Source: Pecten maximus (lineage: Eukaryota). From it: 64,000 nt of DNA. The notes under the pieces are model-generated. The model saw only the letters and a program-made list of their open reading frames with translations. It ran no database searches and was not told the origin of the DNA. The translations under genes were made by a program, and so were the position numbers. The stretch lies in NCBI RefSeq assembly GCF_902652985.1, contig NC_047020.1, positions 38,068,001 through 38,132,000 on the forward strand, written 5' to 3'. This document shows, piece by piece, positions 48,901 to 61,400 of the stretch (position 1 is its first letter; each line of letters opens with the position of its first letter).

Positions 48901-51900
48901 AGTCTCCTTTAGATACGGAATTTATACCTGTAAATGAAATCACGAGAGCAAAAAAGACAATGTATACAGATATGATTTATATGCAATAATTTTTGTTTCA
49001 TTATTTTTACTGTGTTGATGCATTACATGGGGCTAAAATATATGTTTTCAGCCAAAGAGACAGTGGACCACATGAGAAAGACTGGCGGTGGTCCTAAAAC
49101 AGAGGCCACTGCAAGTCAGTCACTGCTTCTGGAAAACATTGGCTCAAGACCGGAAGTGGTGGGCCTTCCTGTCAACTTTGACACTGAAGGTACTAGATGT
49201 ACTCCTGAATGACTGCATTTCTTTGTCATAGATTAGCTAATCTTGTTTGACAGTCTGTCTAAATCTAATAAGTACTGAAGGGATCTTTCTCAAATGTTAC
49301 ATGCAGGTTCCTCTTGGTCAGTAGTTTTTCAACATGGCCGAGTGGCAGCCATCTTGGATTTTAACAATTGAAGTTTGTTACTGCTGCAATTTTAGTTAGA
49401 TGAAATAATTTTACATAATTTCCTGTTATTAAAGTATATGATATTGAAAGAAGAAAAACTCTGAGAAAAGATCAGTCTTTCATTTGACTAATATAGATCA
49501 TACAATGGTGGGTGCCAAGATCCCTCTGGGATCTCTTGTTGGACATACAATTATCACATAAACTGTATATATAAATGGGTAAGATCTTTACACAGTTTTT
49601 TTTCTTTTGCTGAAATGATGTGTTTTTATGCATCACAACAATTGGATGTACTGTGTCAGGAAGCACTAAGTTAAGTCTTATGAATTACAATATAACACAA
49701 AAAACAATTGCAAGGGTCAAAATTGTTATCATTATAGTTAACTTGTTGAAGTGTTAATAAAAAAAGTTCTTTGTTCATATTTTCAGATTCCAATTATAAC
49801 TTTCAACTGTCTGAAATGGACCAGGATCCAGAGGAAACCTGTGTCTTATCTGTGGTTTCTGATGACACATCTGGACCTTCTACTTTCAGCAGCAAAATGA
49901 GTATGTGTATATGCTAGCTATATAGTACAGCATAAGGATAGCATGTATAAATGACAGTATAGGGATATCTGACTACAGTAGCTTGCTAGAAATGTAAGGG
50001 ACTGAAAGTGAGCTACAAGACAGTGTAAACAAAGGAATTTCTAAAGCCAAGTGAATTTTATAAAAAAGAAATTGATGGCATGTATGCACATTTCAGATAT
50101 ATTTAATGAAATCTTTGGAAGTCACAAAGGAAAGAAAAGTAAGTAAGTAGAAAGGGGGTTTATTCAATATTGATTCAAATATTTAACTGATTTTAGGTGG
50201 TGGTACCATATTTTACAAAAAAAAAAAAAAGTGCATTACCCAAAAATGTTATCATATATCAATTATAAAGCCTACCGTAAATAAAAATCATAAAGATATG
50301 ATTTATAACCATACTTTTTTTTAATATTCTGTTCATTTGTAGATAACCAACATGGGATTAAAAGGAAGAACCTGGCTCAGGATTTCAGGGACGTAGAAAC
50401 GGAAAACATCAAGCTTGAGAACGTCAGAGTGAAAGAGGAAACAAAGAAAATATTGTTAGAACAAGAAAAACTGAAGCTTGAAATAGAGGTACTGAAATTA
50501 AAAAGGAATTACTACTCTTCCGAAGCAAGTCAGCTATGTGGTCCAACATTACTTTATGAATCCTAAATTATAATTCATTTTTGTTTTCATTAATTCATAA
50601 CTTCATTTAAAATTACATATCAGTAGGATAAATATATGGCTAATTATGTATTGAATTGATATTGGTTAGGGCCCCATAGAAAATGTCAGTGTCTTAATTA
50701 CTTTGTATGCCTGTCTAAAATTTTGATTATTATCATAGAGTTATACTGAAAAAATATCATTATATGTATGCGAGTACTTGCATCAGATGTTTACATATTC
50801 TTGTATGTATCAATGACTTTAATGGAATTTACATCTCATGTATATCAATATATCTTTGAAATTGTTGGATCTGTATGATGCAGCTAGCTATGTCTATAAA
50901 ATAGTTCAATTATGACTGATGAATGTTATCTTTTTTATAGGTTAATTAATTACAAACTTTATACAACTTACAATTAACCCAACCTTGTTCTGGATATGTC
51001 AGTATTCTAATTCTGTGTGTATTGAAAGAATTCATCAACGGAAATTATTTTGACAGATGTGGTTTCTCACTCCTGCACCACCAGCATCAGGACCAACATA
51101 GTTTAATTGATTTCCAACTTCATTATAATTATTTTGATGTTCACAATTCAACACTTCCTTCTTTTCTTGTGCTATGTTGTGTAATACTACACAGGCCATG
51201 ATTATCCCTGCTGCCTTGGTTGGTGCCACTCTCAACCCAACTGAAAGGCAAGCAAACCTTCTCTTTAATATGCCAAATGTCTGCTCAATAGTTGTTCTGG
51301 TCCTGCACAGGGAGTTATTGAACCTCTGCTGCTCATTGGTGCTGGGGTTGATGAAAGGTGTCATTAAGAAATGTCTACAGGGATACCCTGAATCTCCCAA
51401 CAGGAGCCCATCATATGTTCCTGAAAGCAAAATGTACAAAGCTGGGTCAGAATTTGTAGTTGATCGTGGCATCTTTTTATTTTTTTAAAGATGTTATTCT
51501 ACTTTAATAATACAAAATAATATAAAAAATTCAATTTCCAACGTTTTATGCCATATATGTCATTGAATATAATAAAAAAAGAATTATTTTTTTAAAAACT
51601 TGTTAAGGTTAAAATGTGTTCTCTGGGACTGAGTCATTAATGTACATGCCCCTAAATGTTATACCATTCTAGCCCGCTACCTATTGGTCAGGAGTTTGAA
51701 ACCCACATATATAGTGCAATTGATTGCCAGGTACTGACAAGGTTGATGGTTTTTCTCTGGGTATCCACCACCAAACCTGGCACAAACCGGTATGCTTAAA
51801 TAACCCTGGCTGTTTTTAAATAGGACATAAAACTGAAATACATTCTTGAAGTGTAATTGAATACACTACATCATGTATATATTAAGCAAGGACTTCATCC

Positions 51901-54900
51901 ATAATATGATATGTATTTCAACACTGACCATTCTCAAAACTTCTGCATAACTGACTGTCCCTAAAAATCCGAGAATCATGTACTGATCCAGGCCACTTTG
52001 CAACACAGCTAGTTATTAGAAACTCAGCATTGCATGTCATCTGCAATAAAAATGAAGCAGTTGTTTTAAAATATAACATTGTGACATCTATATTTGTGTT
52101 TCATAAACAATTTGCTGAATGTTTTCCATTTTAACAAATTGTGGTTGCATGTTCAAGATGATGTTAGTACATCAGGATTCGACAACAGACATATATTCTT
52201 TATCAGTCTTCTAAATGTTTTACATATTGTATTCAGATGTGGCAGGATTTAAATTATATATCTATTATTGCTTGACAATATTGTATGTGACATGTCATGA
52301 CTCCTATAGAAGCTACAGATAGTATGCATAGTCTTTGTAGATAAAGAGAGAGAGAATACATATTTAGGCCTATCTTGAAATGTATAAGCTTTAATGAAAA
52401 GGAACTAAAAGGACAAATTTGTATACCTGTGTGTGTGTTTATATTAGGGGTATACAATGTATATTACTTTCTGCAAATATGGTACATGTGCCTGGTATAT
52501 CCTTGTAAAGGTGTCAGAGTTAATTAGGGAAATTAATATTAGTTAAAGAAATTTGCATGGGATAATTGTAATTAATGACTTATTCACAAATCAACAAACT
52601 AATTAATGTCACATGATTTGTACCTGGACATTCAGTGAATGAAAGCCTTTGCGGTTCACAAAATCCTTCTCATTTTCTGTGGGTCCTTGAATTCTTACAT
52701 GTGTACAATCCAAACACCCAACAACATTGGGGAACCCTGTAATTAAATCATTTTATTTTCATTTGTAATGTTATTTTATTTGAAAAGTACATGCATATTA
52801 TTGTTTCTCAAGTCACTGCAGGATATATATATTCATCTACATGTATTACATTTTTTGTATATATATAAAATCAATCTACATGTACATGTGTAAGCTTCGG
52901 GGGGTGGCATATGGGGTTTTAGTGGAATGACTGAATGTAAAAAGTACTGAACATTATTTTTATTACATATATATATGAGAGTTGTCTTTGTGCATTAATA
53001 CTTAATGCATATCTCATTCAATTCAATCTTAACCATGCAGCATTCCTTACATTTTGAAAAAAAGAGAAATTGGAAAGAACTTAAGAAACCCATATTTACA
53101 CAAAATAGTTGCTAATAATGAACGTACATGTACAATAAGTTTGTTTTCACCTTTAGAAATTTATTGAATGAGTTTAATTTAGTTATAATTATATTTTTTC
53201 CACAAGAACAGTAAAATTATTAATTAATTCAGTTTTTTTATTTACAGTATTTGGTGTGTTTTGCGTGTGGCTTTTACATGAATGTATATTTAGATTATAT
53301 TTATTTATATCTTAATTTATTAAAACCAAACATAGTATTAGTAATTTGAAAAGGCTATTATTATATCAATATCATGATTAAAGAGTGGTACATGTGTATG
53401 TGTGTGCGTTTTGTGTCTTAAATTTGTAATATTGATATGTATAACGTTTCAATCTTAAAAACATCCTCGTTAAATGAAATAATGATAAATGATAAATATA
53501 TATCAAAGGGAGGTGTGTGCAAGGCTACATTGATATTTAGGAACATTAATTAATAATAATGATGTTGTTGAATAAATTATTTTTATTTGATTTAAATTTG
53601 ATTTCAATGTGCTTTTTTGTATTTCCTTGGTTATTAATCCGAGATAACTTGATTTAAGCAGAGACTTCAATTTAAATTGGTTTTCTTTAATTAACCAAAT
53701 CCGGTTTCATCTATTATGCACAACTGTTTACGCTTTCTTTACAATCGGAACACCTCGCCTCGGTCTGTTTTGAAGGATTCTGATATATGGTGCACTTGTT
53801 TAGCATGCTCCGAGTTTTCGTTCGAGGAATTTTCGTATCCTGATACTTATGGACTATAAATTTCAACAATTACAATACGATGTTAATTTCATCTTGAGAT
53901 ATGCTAGTTACACCAGACATTTCTAAATATTTGACACTTTGAGACCAGTACAATTCGGTGCCAAGACATAGACCTATCGACACAGTCAATCAAATGCGCC
54001 TTAATCTAAGGTCAAGGCCAACTTCGTACAAGGAAAAGTTGTGGATACTTACTGCTCAATTTGTAGAAGTGTTGCTTCGTGTTCACGTCGTCTGTAAAAG
54101 TGATAAATCGTCGAGCAAGTCTTGCTATTGCTGCTGATACTTTATGTACACAACGACATACCGATGCCTCGGACAAACCCACGGAATCGCCGATGAGACG
54201 AAAGAAGGACCCAGTAGCGTAAAACCTTAACGCTACTAACAACTGCAAAATTGGCGAGATAGCTTTGCTACGCGTAGTTGCAGTCTCAAGCTCCGGGCGT
54301 ATCAGATTTAAAATAAATAAGATACTTTGAAACGAAAATCTGTATCGTTCCCGATATTCCCTATCACAGAATGAATTAAGCCTGAAGCGCGGTCTGAACC
54401 TACGACAATCCCGGCGCATTCGTCGTCTCCTTAACGCGTAAGCGATCGCCATCATGGATTTGAGACTGCACTTGAGCTGTCTCAAATATTTGAGAAAAAA
54501 CTCAAAAGTTGAGTTGAGATTTTCTGGGTAAGTACTTTGTGAAAGCCAAGTTGAGAAAATACTCAAATTTGAGATCGAGTTTGAGTTCAAATCTCAATTT
54601 GAGCTCAAATCTCAGTTTGAGATGTTTTGTGCAAGCGGGGCCAGGTCACATATAAAGATATATCTATCCATTAATTTAATGTGATTAAAAAGCCAATTCA
54701 ATAGAATAAAAAAAATTCTTTGAAAAATAGATGTGAATATTAGATATCAAATTTTCCTCAAATACCATTGGCTAAAGCAGGGTCACATGGAGGTTAATAT
54801 TTTGTGATATTAACCTGATATTTCTTTTTTTAGAAACACTGAGTTAATATTGTATTCATGAAGTCATACCCCGGTAATCATTGTGACAGCAGAATGCCCT

Positions 54901-55198
54901 AATGTAAATTTCCCGTTATGAGTGTTACCAGGATAAATATAATGCAATTCCATCTATTTGCAAACAAATTTCATATCTGGAAAGATTTGATTCGCCCTCA
55001 GTCAATATTGGATTCTACCAGGTCGGTTTAACACTAAATTGACCTCACAAAATGTCCATAATTGATAAATGTAAATTGATGCTGAAAATTATTGGTGCCA
55101 AAAGTATAAAGTACTGGAATTAGAATTAAATTTTGATTTAGATTTTGAAAAAATATTTATTTGTGTTTTTTTTTTATTTCAACAATAGGAAAAAGTGA
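39991..55198 (+). CDS. SUPT7L: STAGA complex 65 subunit gamma (SPT7-like), ~400 aa
   Basis: Exons 39991-40151, 40799-40919, 41415-41533, 42330-42439, 42850-42971, 43928-44112, 44622-44713, 44950-45061, 45666-45836, 55189-55198 are in frame (1203 nt). [46 protein letters not shown] and IKEEP match SUPT7L. Confidence 0.93.
43283..43500 (+). mobile_element. tRNA-derived SINE (near full length) in a SUPT7L intron
   Basis: A box GGTGGCCGAGTGGTTAAG, B box GAGTTCGAAACC, conserved core GGTTTTTCTCCGGGTACTCCGGCTTTCCTCC, AAAC tail. Confidence 0.85.
46175..50566 (+). CDS. Harbinger Myb/SANT-like DNA-binding protein (~234 aa)
   Basis: Exons 46175-46338, 48553-48617, 49052-49189, 49787-49900, 50343-50566 are in frame (705 nt). 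[14 protein letters not shown]...KQAAWDAV trihelix motif, RKTGGGP motif, C-terminal coiled coil. Confidence 0.88.
46566..46822. mobile_element. MITE nested in intron 1 of the Harbinger Myb-like gene
   Basis: ~40-bp TIR TATGGCGCGGGAAGGATGTCATAAT / ATTATGACATCCTTCCCGCGCCATA, TA flanks, internal GCCTAGGC palindromic repeats. Confidence 0.88.
51035..54455 (-). CDS. Harbinger (HARBI1-like) DDE transposase, ~337 aa, intact
   Basis: Exons 54455-54053, 52736-52624, 52040-51929, 51420-51035 are in frame (1014 nt). Motifs [69 protein letters not shown]. Confidence 0.93.
51680..51835 (+). mobile_element. Decayed SINE of the 43283 family inside transposase intron 3
   Basis: GAGTTTGAAACCCAC...TTGCCAGGTACTGAC...GATGGTTTTTCTCTGGGTA...AAACCTGGCAC is collinear with 43350-43450. 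Confidence 0.7.
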
Positions 55199-55312
55199 AG
55201 AGCTAAGAAAAATTCCAGCAAGTTACTAAATATCAGACATGGATCCAATCCATCTACACTACAATGTCCGTGTTCACTTGGACTGACCAGCATTTTGTAT
55301 GCTTGTCTGTGA

Positions 55313-55492
55313 GCAGTATACATTCAGTATACTTCATGCAGATAGTGAAACCATACTGGATATGATTAAGATAATGTTATTTTGTCTGGCAGTATACATT
55401 CAGTATACTTTATGCAGCTAGTGAAACCATACTGGATATGATTAAGATAATGTTGTTTTGTCTGGCAGTATACATTCAGTATACTTTATGCT
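55313..55492. repeat. 76-bp tandem repeat (~2.4 copies) in the putative SUPT7L 3'UTR
   Basis: GCAGTATACATTCAGTATACTT at 55313, 55389 and 55465. Confidence 0.85.
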
Positions 55493-58465
55493 GACTGGGC
55501 GTTATTTATGTGAGTTTCAGTATAAAAAATGTAGAGATTGCAAGACAAGTGCAGATAAAGGAATTCCTCGGCGAAATCACTGTGATATTCTTCCTGTTGT
55601 ACTGCGTCAGTGATAGGAAGGGACCGTGATGAATCCTCAACTTCACAGGTTCGCTTGCATAGCAGTTACACTGGTATATGTTTTCAGTGATACAGAAGTG
55701 TGATTCTGAAGTGCTTACAGAAGCAGAAATAGACTGCACACATGTTGGTAAGAGTAGGTAGCTGTGGGATACCATGTGCAGTATAACTGTATTGATAATG
55801 CATTATGATAAGAAAATTCTGCGATTGAAGAAGTGTTCACCTGCATGGAGTCTTTATGCCTGAGCATCACGCTTAAATTCCCACTGCCGGGAATCGTTGC
55901 AGCAGCATATCAGCGGTTCTTACTGATAGTTGTCGGGTTATAAGGAATTGTTGAATCTAATGGATCTAAGTTGTCAGTTACCCTATATCATATCTACTGT
56001 TAATGGCAGGAGTGCCAGTCTCGGTGTCGGAAGGAGGGACTTTCTTTGTGACGAACTATTTTTAATGTTAAATGTCAGAGATTGATTAATCATAGATATT
56101 GATTGACCAATCATTAGTTGAGCTGCTCCAACGTGTTCTGTTGTGAACAGCTGTGCCGAATGAAAATGTGTTCAAAAGAAAACAACAAGATCTGTCTCCT
56201 AAAGGAGAAAATGATTATGGAATACAAAGCATCAAAAGATGTCTTTAGGAAAGAATTGATTTATAGGAATGAGGTCAAAGAAGAGATGTGAGCAGATTCT
56301 CATGCCGAAGGTTTTGTTAAATTCGCCTGATACATGTTGTCACCGTGCCAAGTAAAGCCTGTTGACCAGGTGTTTGGTATGCATGAATTGTCCTCTCGGT
56401 CAAGCTGGACACTAGATTATCCGGTTAAGTCATTGACAGTAGGAATGGAATCTGGAATCAAAAAACTAATTGTGTGTGAAAAAATGTGTGTGAAATTTTT
56501 ATGGTTTTTCAATAATTCATTACCAGAACATTGACCACCTTCAGCTAATCAAAGAAAATGATTTATGCATAGTATCCAGTCAAATTAAAGACGAACACAC
56601 ATGAAAATTTGATGAATAAAATTGAAAAGCATACATGTCTAAATTTTCATTTCATATTGTATTGTATATTTGTATTCAAGTAAACTCAGCAATTTCGATT
56701 GTGATATAGCAATCTCAGACGAAGCGATATAAATCTAAGGGAGATAACTCTCACTGGCATGTCATCAGAAAGTGGCAGAGACACTAGAAAAAAAGCATAA
56801 ACAAATCATCCTATATTTCAGTGTACTTTCTGCTTCGGAGATCTGAAAACTTTATATTAAATCTATTGTTCCTATTTCATCCTCATTTTGTTTATTTATT
56901 GTTTGTTTTTCTTGTTAATTTTTTAATTATTTTACTTGTGTTTTTTCTATTTATAGAGCTAAACTGTTTTTGACAAAGAATTATACTTACTTCATTGAAT
57001 ATTTACACTTCACAATTACACATTATATGTACATGAATAGCATAAGATTTAGTCTATAATTCATGCTATTTTTAATGTACATGTATTTTTGGTTTTAGAG
57101 TTTTTAAACACTAGATTTCAAAAATTTTACCAATGCATACCTACATGTACTTGTGTTTCTGACTTCTGATTGGCTGAGAATGTTAGTGCTCAAATCATAT
57201 TATCTAGCAATATTTTCATACTTTGCGGGATTGCTACACAAAGCATAAAATTGAAACTGTTCAATGGCCGATATCAAGATTTTGAATTCAAGATGGCTAC
57301 CAAGATTTTTTGTTTGATGAGTCAATATTATATAATTGTTGTAAGTTATTTTGTTGGCACCATGACCTTGTCAAATGGTACCCCATAATTATTACTGGTG
57401 TATCACTTCATATCAAAAATCCATCTTTTGTGTCCAGATTCAAGATGACTGCCCTTGTCTTTGATTGGCTGATTTCAAGATGGCTACCCTTGTTTTTGAT
57501 TGGCTGATATAATTATGATTACCAAGTGTATTATGCCTCTTGTCCAATTGTCTTTTGGTTATAACAAATTTTGTCTCATGTTCTACCATGTACATTTTGT
57601 TTCCATGGGAGACAGTACACATTATCAGAACCTTAGATAGTTGATTGCTTGTCATTTATGAGCCTATGAATGACAATTCAAATTCTCCAATGGCAGGAAG
57701 TCCTGCTGGTGAGCATGCTCAATGGAAAGATTTTCATGTCTATATTTTATATATATATTACTTCAGTCTGGTTACATTTTCCAATTAGGAGTAAAAATTT
57801 GAAAAAAAAAAACCCAAAAAGATGAGTTCAAACTTTTTGTTTGAATGTATGCAGTCATGGAATGACATCCTATACCAACATACAATGAACATTTAAATTG
57901 TAGACATTTAAAGTTCTCCGATACAGCTACGGTGGTGATATAGGTATAGAAATGAACTGGTCCCTAAATTTGACCCCCTAGCCACAGGGTAGTAAACTAA
58001 TACTTTAAAACTTTACTTCTGTATACAATAGCAGGGACAGGATAGACAAGATTGATATCGTACACATTGTGTGGGGGATGTTTGGTTAGACAGAAAATCT
58101 TATCACATGGCCTGTCTTACCCAAATCCCCTATATACTGGAAACATTTTTTTTAAAAATCCTGATTTTTAAGTAGGTTTAAATTGTGAAAATCCTACCTT
58201 TATTCTAAAAACATATTGACCTTAATGTTAATACTGTCCTATATTGAGACCTTATCTATATGAGAATTTCTCTTATTATCATTTGGTAGAGCGGCACTGT
58301 CATCAGTAAGCCACATATTTCAAGTTTAATCACCAAATTAATGAAGGTTTTGATTCTAATCAATGGTTTCTTTTACATTGACTCCCAATATGGGATCTAG
58401 AAATTAGTGACAAATGCTGAATTACCTAGCCTTGCTCACACAAATATTGCTACCTTTACTCATAG

Positions 58466-61400
58466 ATAACTCAATGATTTCCTAGAGTGGGAGTATAACT
58501 CAATGATTTCGTAGAGTGGGAGTATAACTCAATGATTTCCTAGAGTGGGGGTATAACTCAATGATTTCCTAGAGAGGGAGTATAACTCAATGATTTCCTG
58601 GAGTGGGAGTATAACTCAATGATTTCCTAGAGTGGGATTATAACTCAATGATTTCATGGAGTGGGAGTATAACTCAATGATTTCCTAGAGTGGGAGTATA
58701 ACTCAATGATTTCCTAGAGTGAGAGTATAACTCGATGATTTCCTCAAGTGGGAGTATAACTCAATGATTTCCTAGAGTGGGAGTATAACTCAATGATTTC
58801 CTAGAGTGGGAGTATAACTCAATGATTTCATGCAGTAGGAGTATAACTCAATGATTTTCTAGAGTGGGAGTATAACTCAATGATTTCCTAGAGAGGGAGT
58901 ATAACTCAATGATTTCCTAGAGTGGGAGTATAACTCAATGATTTCCTAGAGTGGGAGTATCACTCTATGATTTCTAGAGCGAGAGTATAACTCAATGATT
59001 TTGTAGAGTTGGAGTATAACTCAATGATTTCATGGAGTGGGAGTATAACTCAATGATTTCCTAGAGTGGGAGTATAACTCAATGATTTCCTAGAGAGGGA
59101 GTATAACTCAATGATTTCCTGGAGTGGGAGTATAACTCATTGATTTCCTAGAGTGGGAGTATAACTCAATGATTTCCTAGAGTGAGAGTATAACTCGATG
59201 ATTTCCTAGAGTGGGAGTATAACTCAATGATTTCCTAGAGTGGGAGTATAACTCAATGATTTCATGGAGTGGGAGTATAACTCAATGATTTCCTAGTGTG
59301 GGAGTATAACTCAATGATTTTCTAGAGAGGGAGTATAACTCAATGATTTCCTGGAGTGGGAGTATAACTCAATGATTTCCTAGAGTGGGAGTATAACTCA
59401 ATGATTTTCTAGAGTGGGAGTATAACCCAATGATTTCCTAGAGTGGGAGTATAACTCAATGATTTCCTGGAGTGGGAGTATAACTCAATGATTTCCTGGA
59501 GTGGGAGTATAACTCAATGATTTCCTAGAGTGGGAGTATAACTCAATGATTTCCTAGAGTGGGAGTATAACTCAATGATTTCCTAGAGTGGGAGTATAAC
59601 TCAATGATTTCATGCAGTAGGAGTATAACTCAATGATTTTCTAGAGTGGGAGTATAACTCAATGATTTCCTAGAGAGGGAGTATAACTCAATGATTTCCT
59701 AGAGTGGGAGTATAACTCAATGATTTCCTGGAGTGGGAGTATCACTCTATGATTTCTAGAGCGAGAGTATAACTCAATGATTTTGTAGAGTTGGAGTATA
59801 ACTCAATGATTTCATGGAGTGGGAGTATAACTCAATGATTTCCTAGAGTGGGAGTATAACTCAATGATTTCCTAGAGAGGGAGTATAACTCAATGATTTC
59901 CTGGAGTGGGAGTATAACTCATTGATTTCCTAGAGTGGGAGTATAACTCAATGATTTCCTAGAGTGAGAGTATAACTCGATGATTTCCTAGAGTGGGAGT
60001 ATAACTCAATGATTTCCTAGAGTGGGAGTATAACTCAATGATTTCATGGAGTGGGAGTATAACTCAATGATTTCCTAGTGTGGGAGTATAACTCAATGAT
60101 TTTCTAGAGAGGGAGTATAACTCAATGATTTCCTGGAGTGGGAGTATAACTCAATGATTTCCTAGAGTGGGAGTATAACTCAATGATTTTCTAGAGTGGG
60201 AGTATAACCCAATGATTTCCTAGAGTGGGAGTATAACTCAATGATTTCCTGGAGTGGGAGTATAACTCAATGATTTCCTGGAGTGGGAGTATAACTCAAT
60301 GATTTCCTAGAGTGGGAGTATAACTCAATGATTTCCAAGATTGGGAGTACAACTCAATGATTTCCTAGAGTGGGAGTATAACTCAATGATTTCATGGAGT
60401 GGGAGTATAACTCAATGATTTCCTAGAGTGGGAGTATAACTCAATGATTTCCTAGAGAGGGAGTATAACTCAATGATTTCCTGGAGTGGGAGTATAACTC
60501 AATGATTTCCTAGAGTGAGAGTATAACTCGATGATTTCCTAGAGTGGGAGTATAACTCAATGATTTCCTAGAGTGGGAGTATAACTCAATGATTTCATGG
60601 AGTGGGAGTATAACTCAATGATTTCCTAGTGTGGGAGTATAACTCAATGATTTCATGGAGTGGGAGTATAACTCAATGATTTCATGGAGTGGGAGTATAA
60701 CTCAATGATTTCATGGAGTGGGAGTATAACTCAATGATTTCCTAGAGTGGGAGTATAACTCAATGATTTCATGGAGTGGGAGTATAACTCAATGATTTCC
60801 TAGTGTGGGAGAATAACTCAATGATTTCATGGAGTGGGAGTATAACTCAATGATTTTCTAGAGTGGGAGTATAACTCAATGATTTCCTAGAGAGGGAGTA
60901 TAACTCAATGATTTCCTGGAGTGGGAGTATAACTCAATGATTTTCTAGAGAGGGAGTATAACTCAATGATTTCCTGGAGTGGGAGTATAACTCAATGATT
61001 TCCTAGAGTGGGAGTATAACTCAATGCTTTTCTAGAGTGGGAGTATAACCCAATGATTTCCTAGAGTGGGAGTATAACTCAATGATTTCCTGGAGTGGGA
61101 GTATAACTCAATGATTTCCTAGAGTGGGAGTATAACTCAATGATTTCATGGAGTGGGAGTATAACTCAATGATTTCCTAGTGTGGGAGTATAACTCAATG
61201 ATTTCATGGAGTGGGAGTATAACTCAATGATTTCATGGAGTGGGAGTATAACTCAATGATTTCATGGAGTGGGAGTATAACTCAATGATTTCCTAGAGTG
61301 GGAGTATAACTCAATGATTTCATGGAGTGGGAGTATAACTCAATGATTTCCTAGTGTGGGAGTATAACTCAATGATTTCATGGAGTGGGAGTATAACTCA

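Larger units (their letters stand above)
45889..54641. mobile_element. Complete autonomous PIF/Harbinger DNA transposon (8753 bp) in the last SUPT7L intron
   Basis: Perfect 31-bp TIR GCCCCGCTTGCACAAAACATCTCAAACTGAG. CAG TSD (45886-45888, 54642-54644) within a CCAGG target. CTCAAA/TTTGAG subterminal repeats. Two convergent intact genes. Confidence 0.95.

Noticed and set aside
51035-54455. Domesticated host HARBI1 gene
   Set aside because: It is flanked by perfect TIRs and a TSD and paired with a Myb-like gene, so no host gene symbol was given.
54456-54590. N-terminal extension of the transposase in the ORF track
   Set aside because: It has a non-ATG start inside the subterminal repeats; the first ATG is at 54455.
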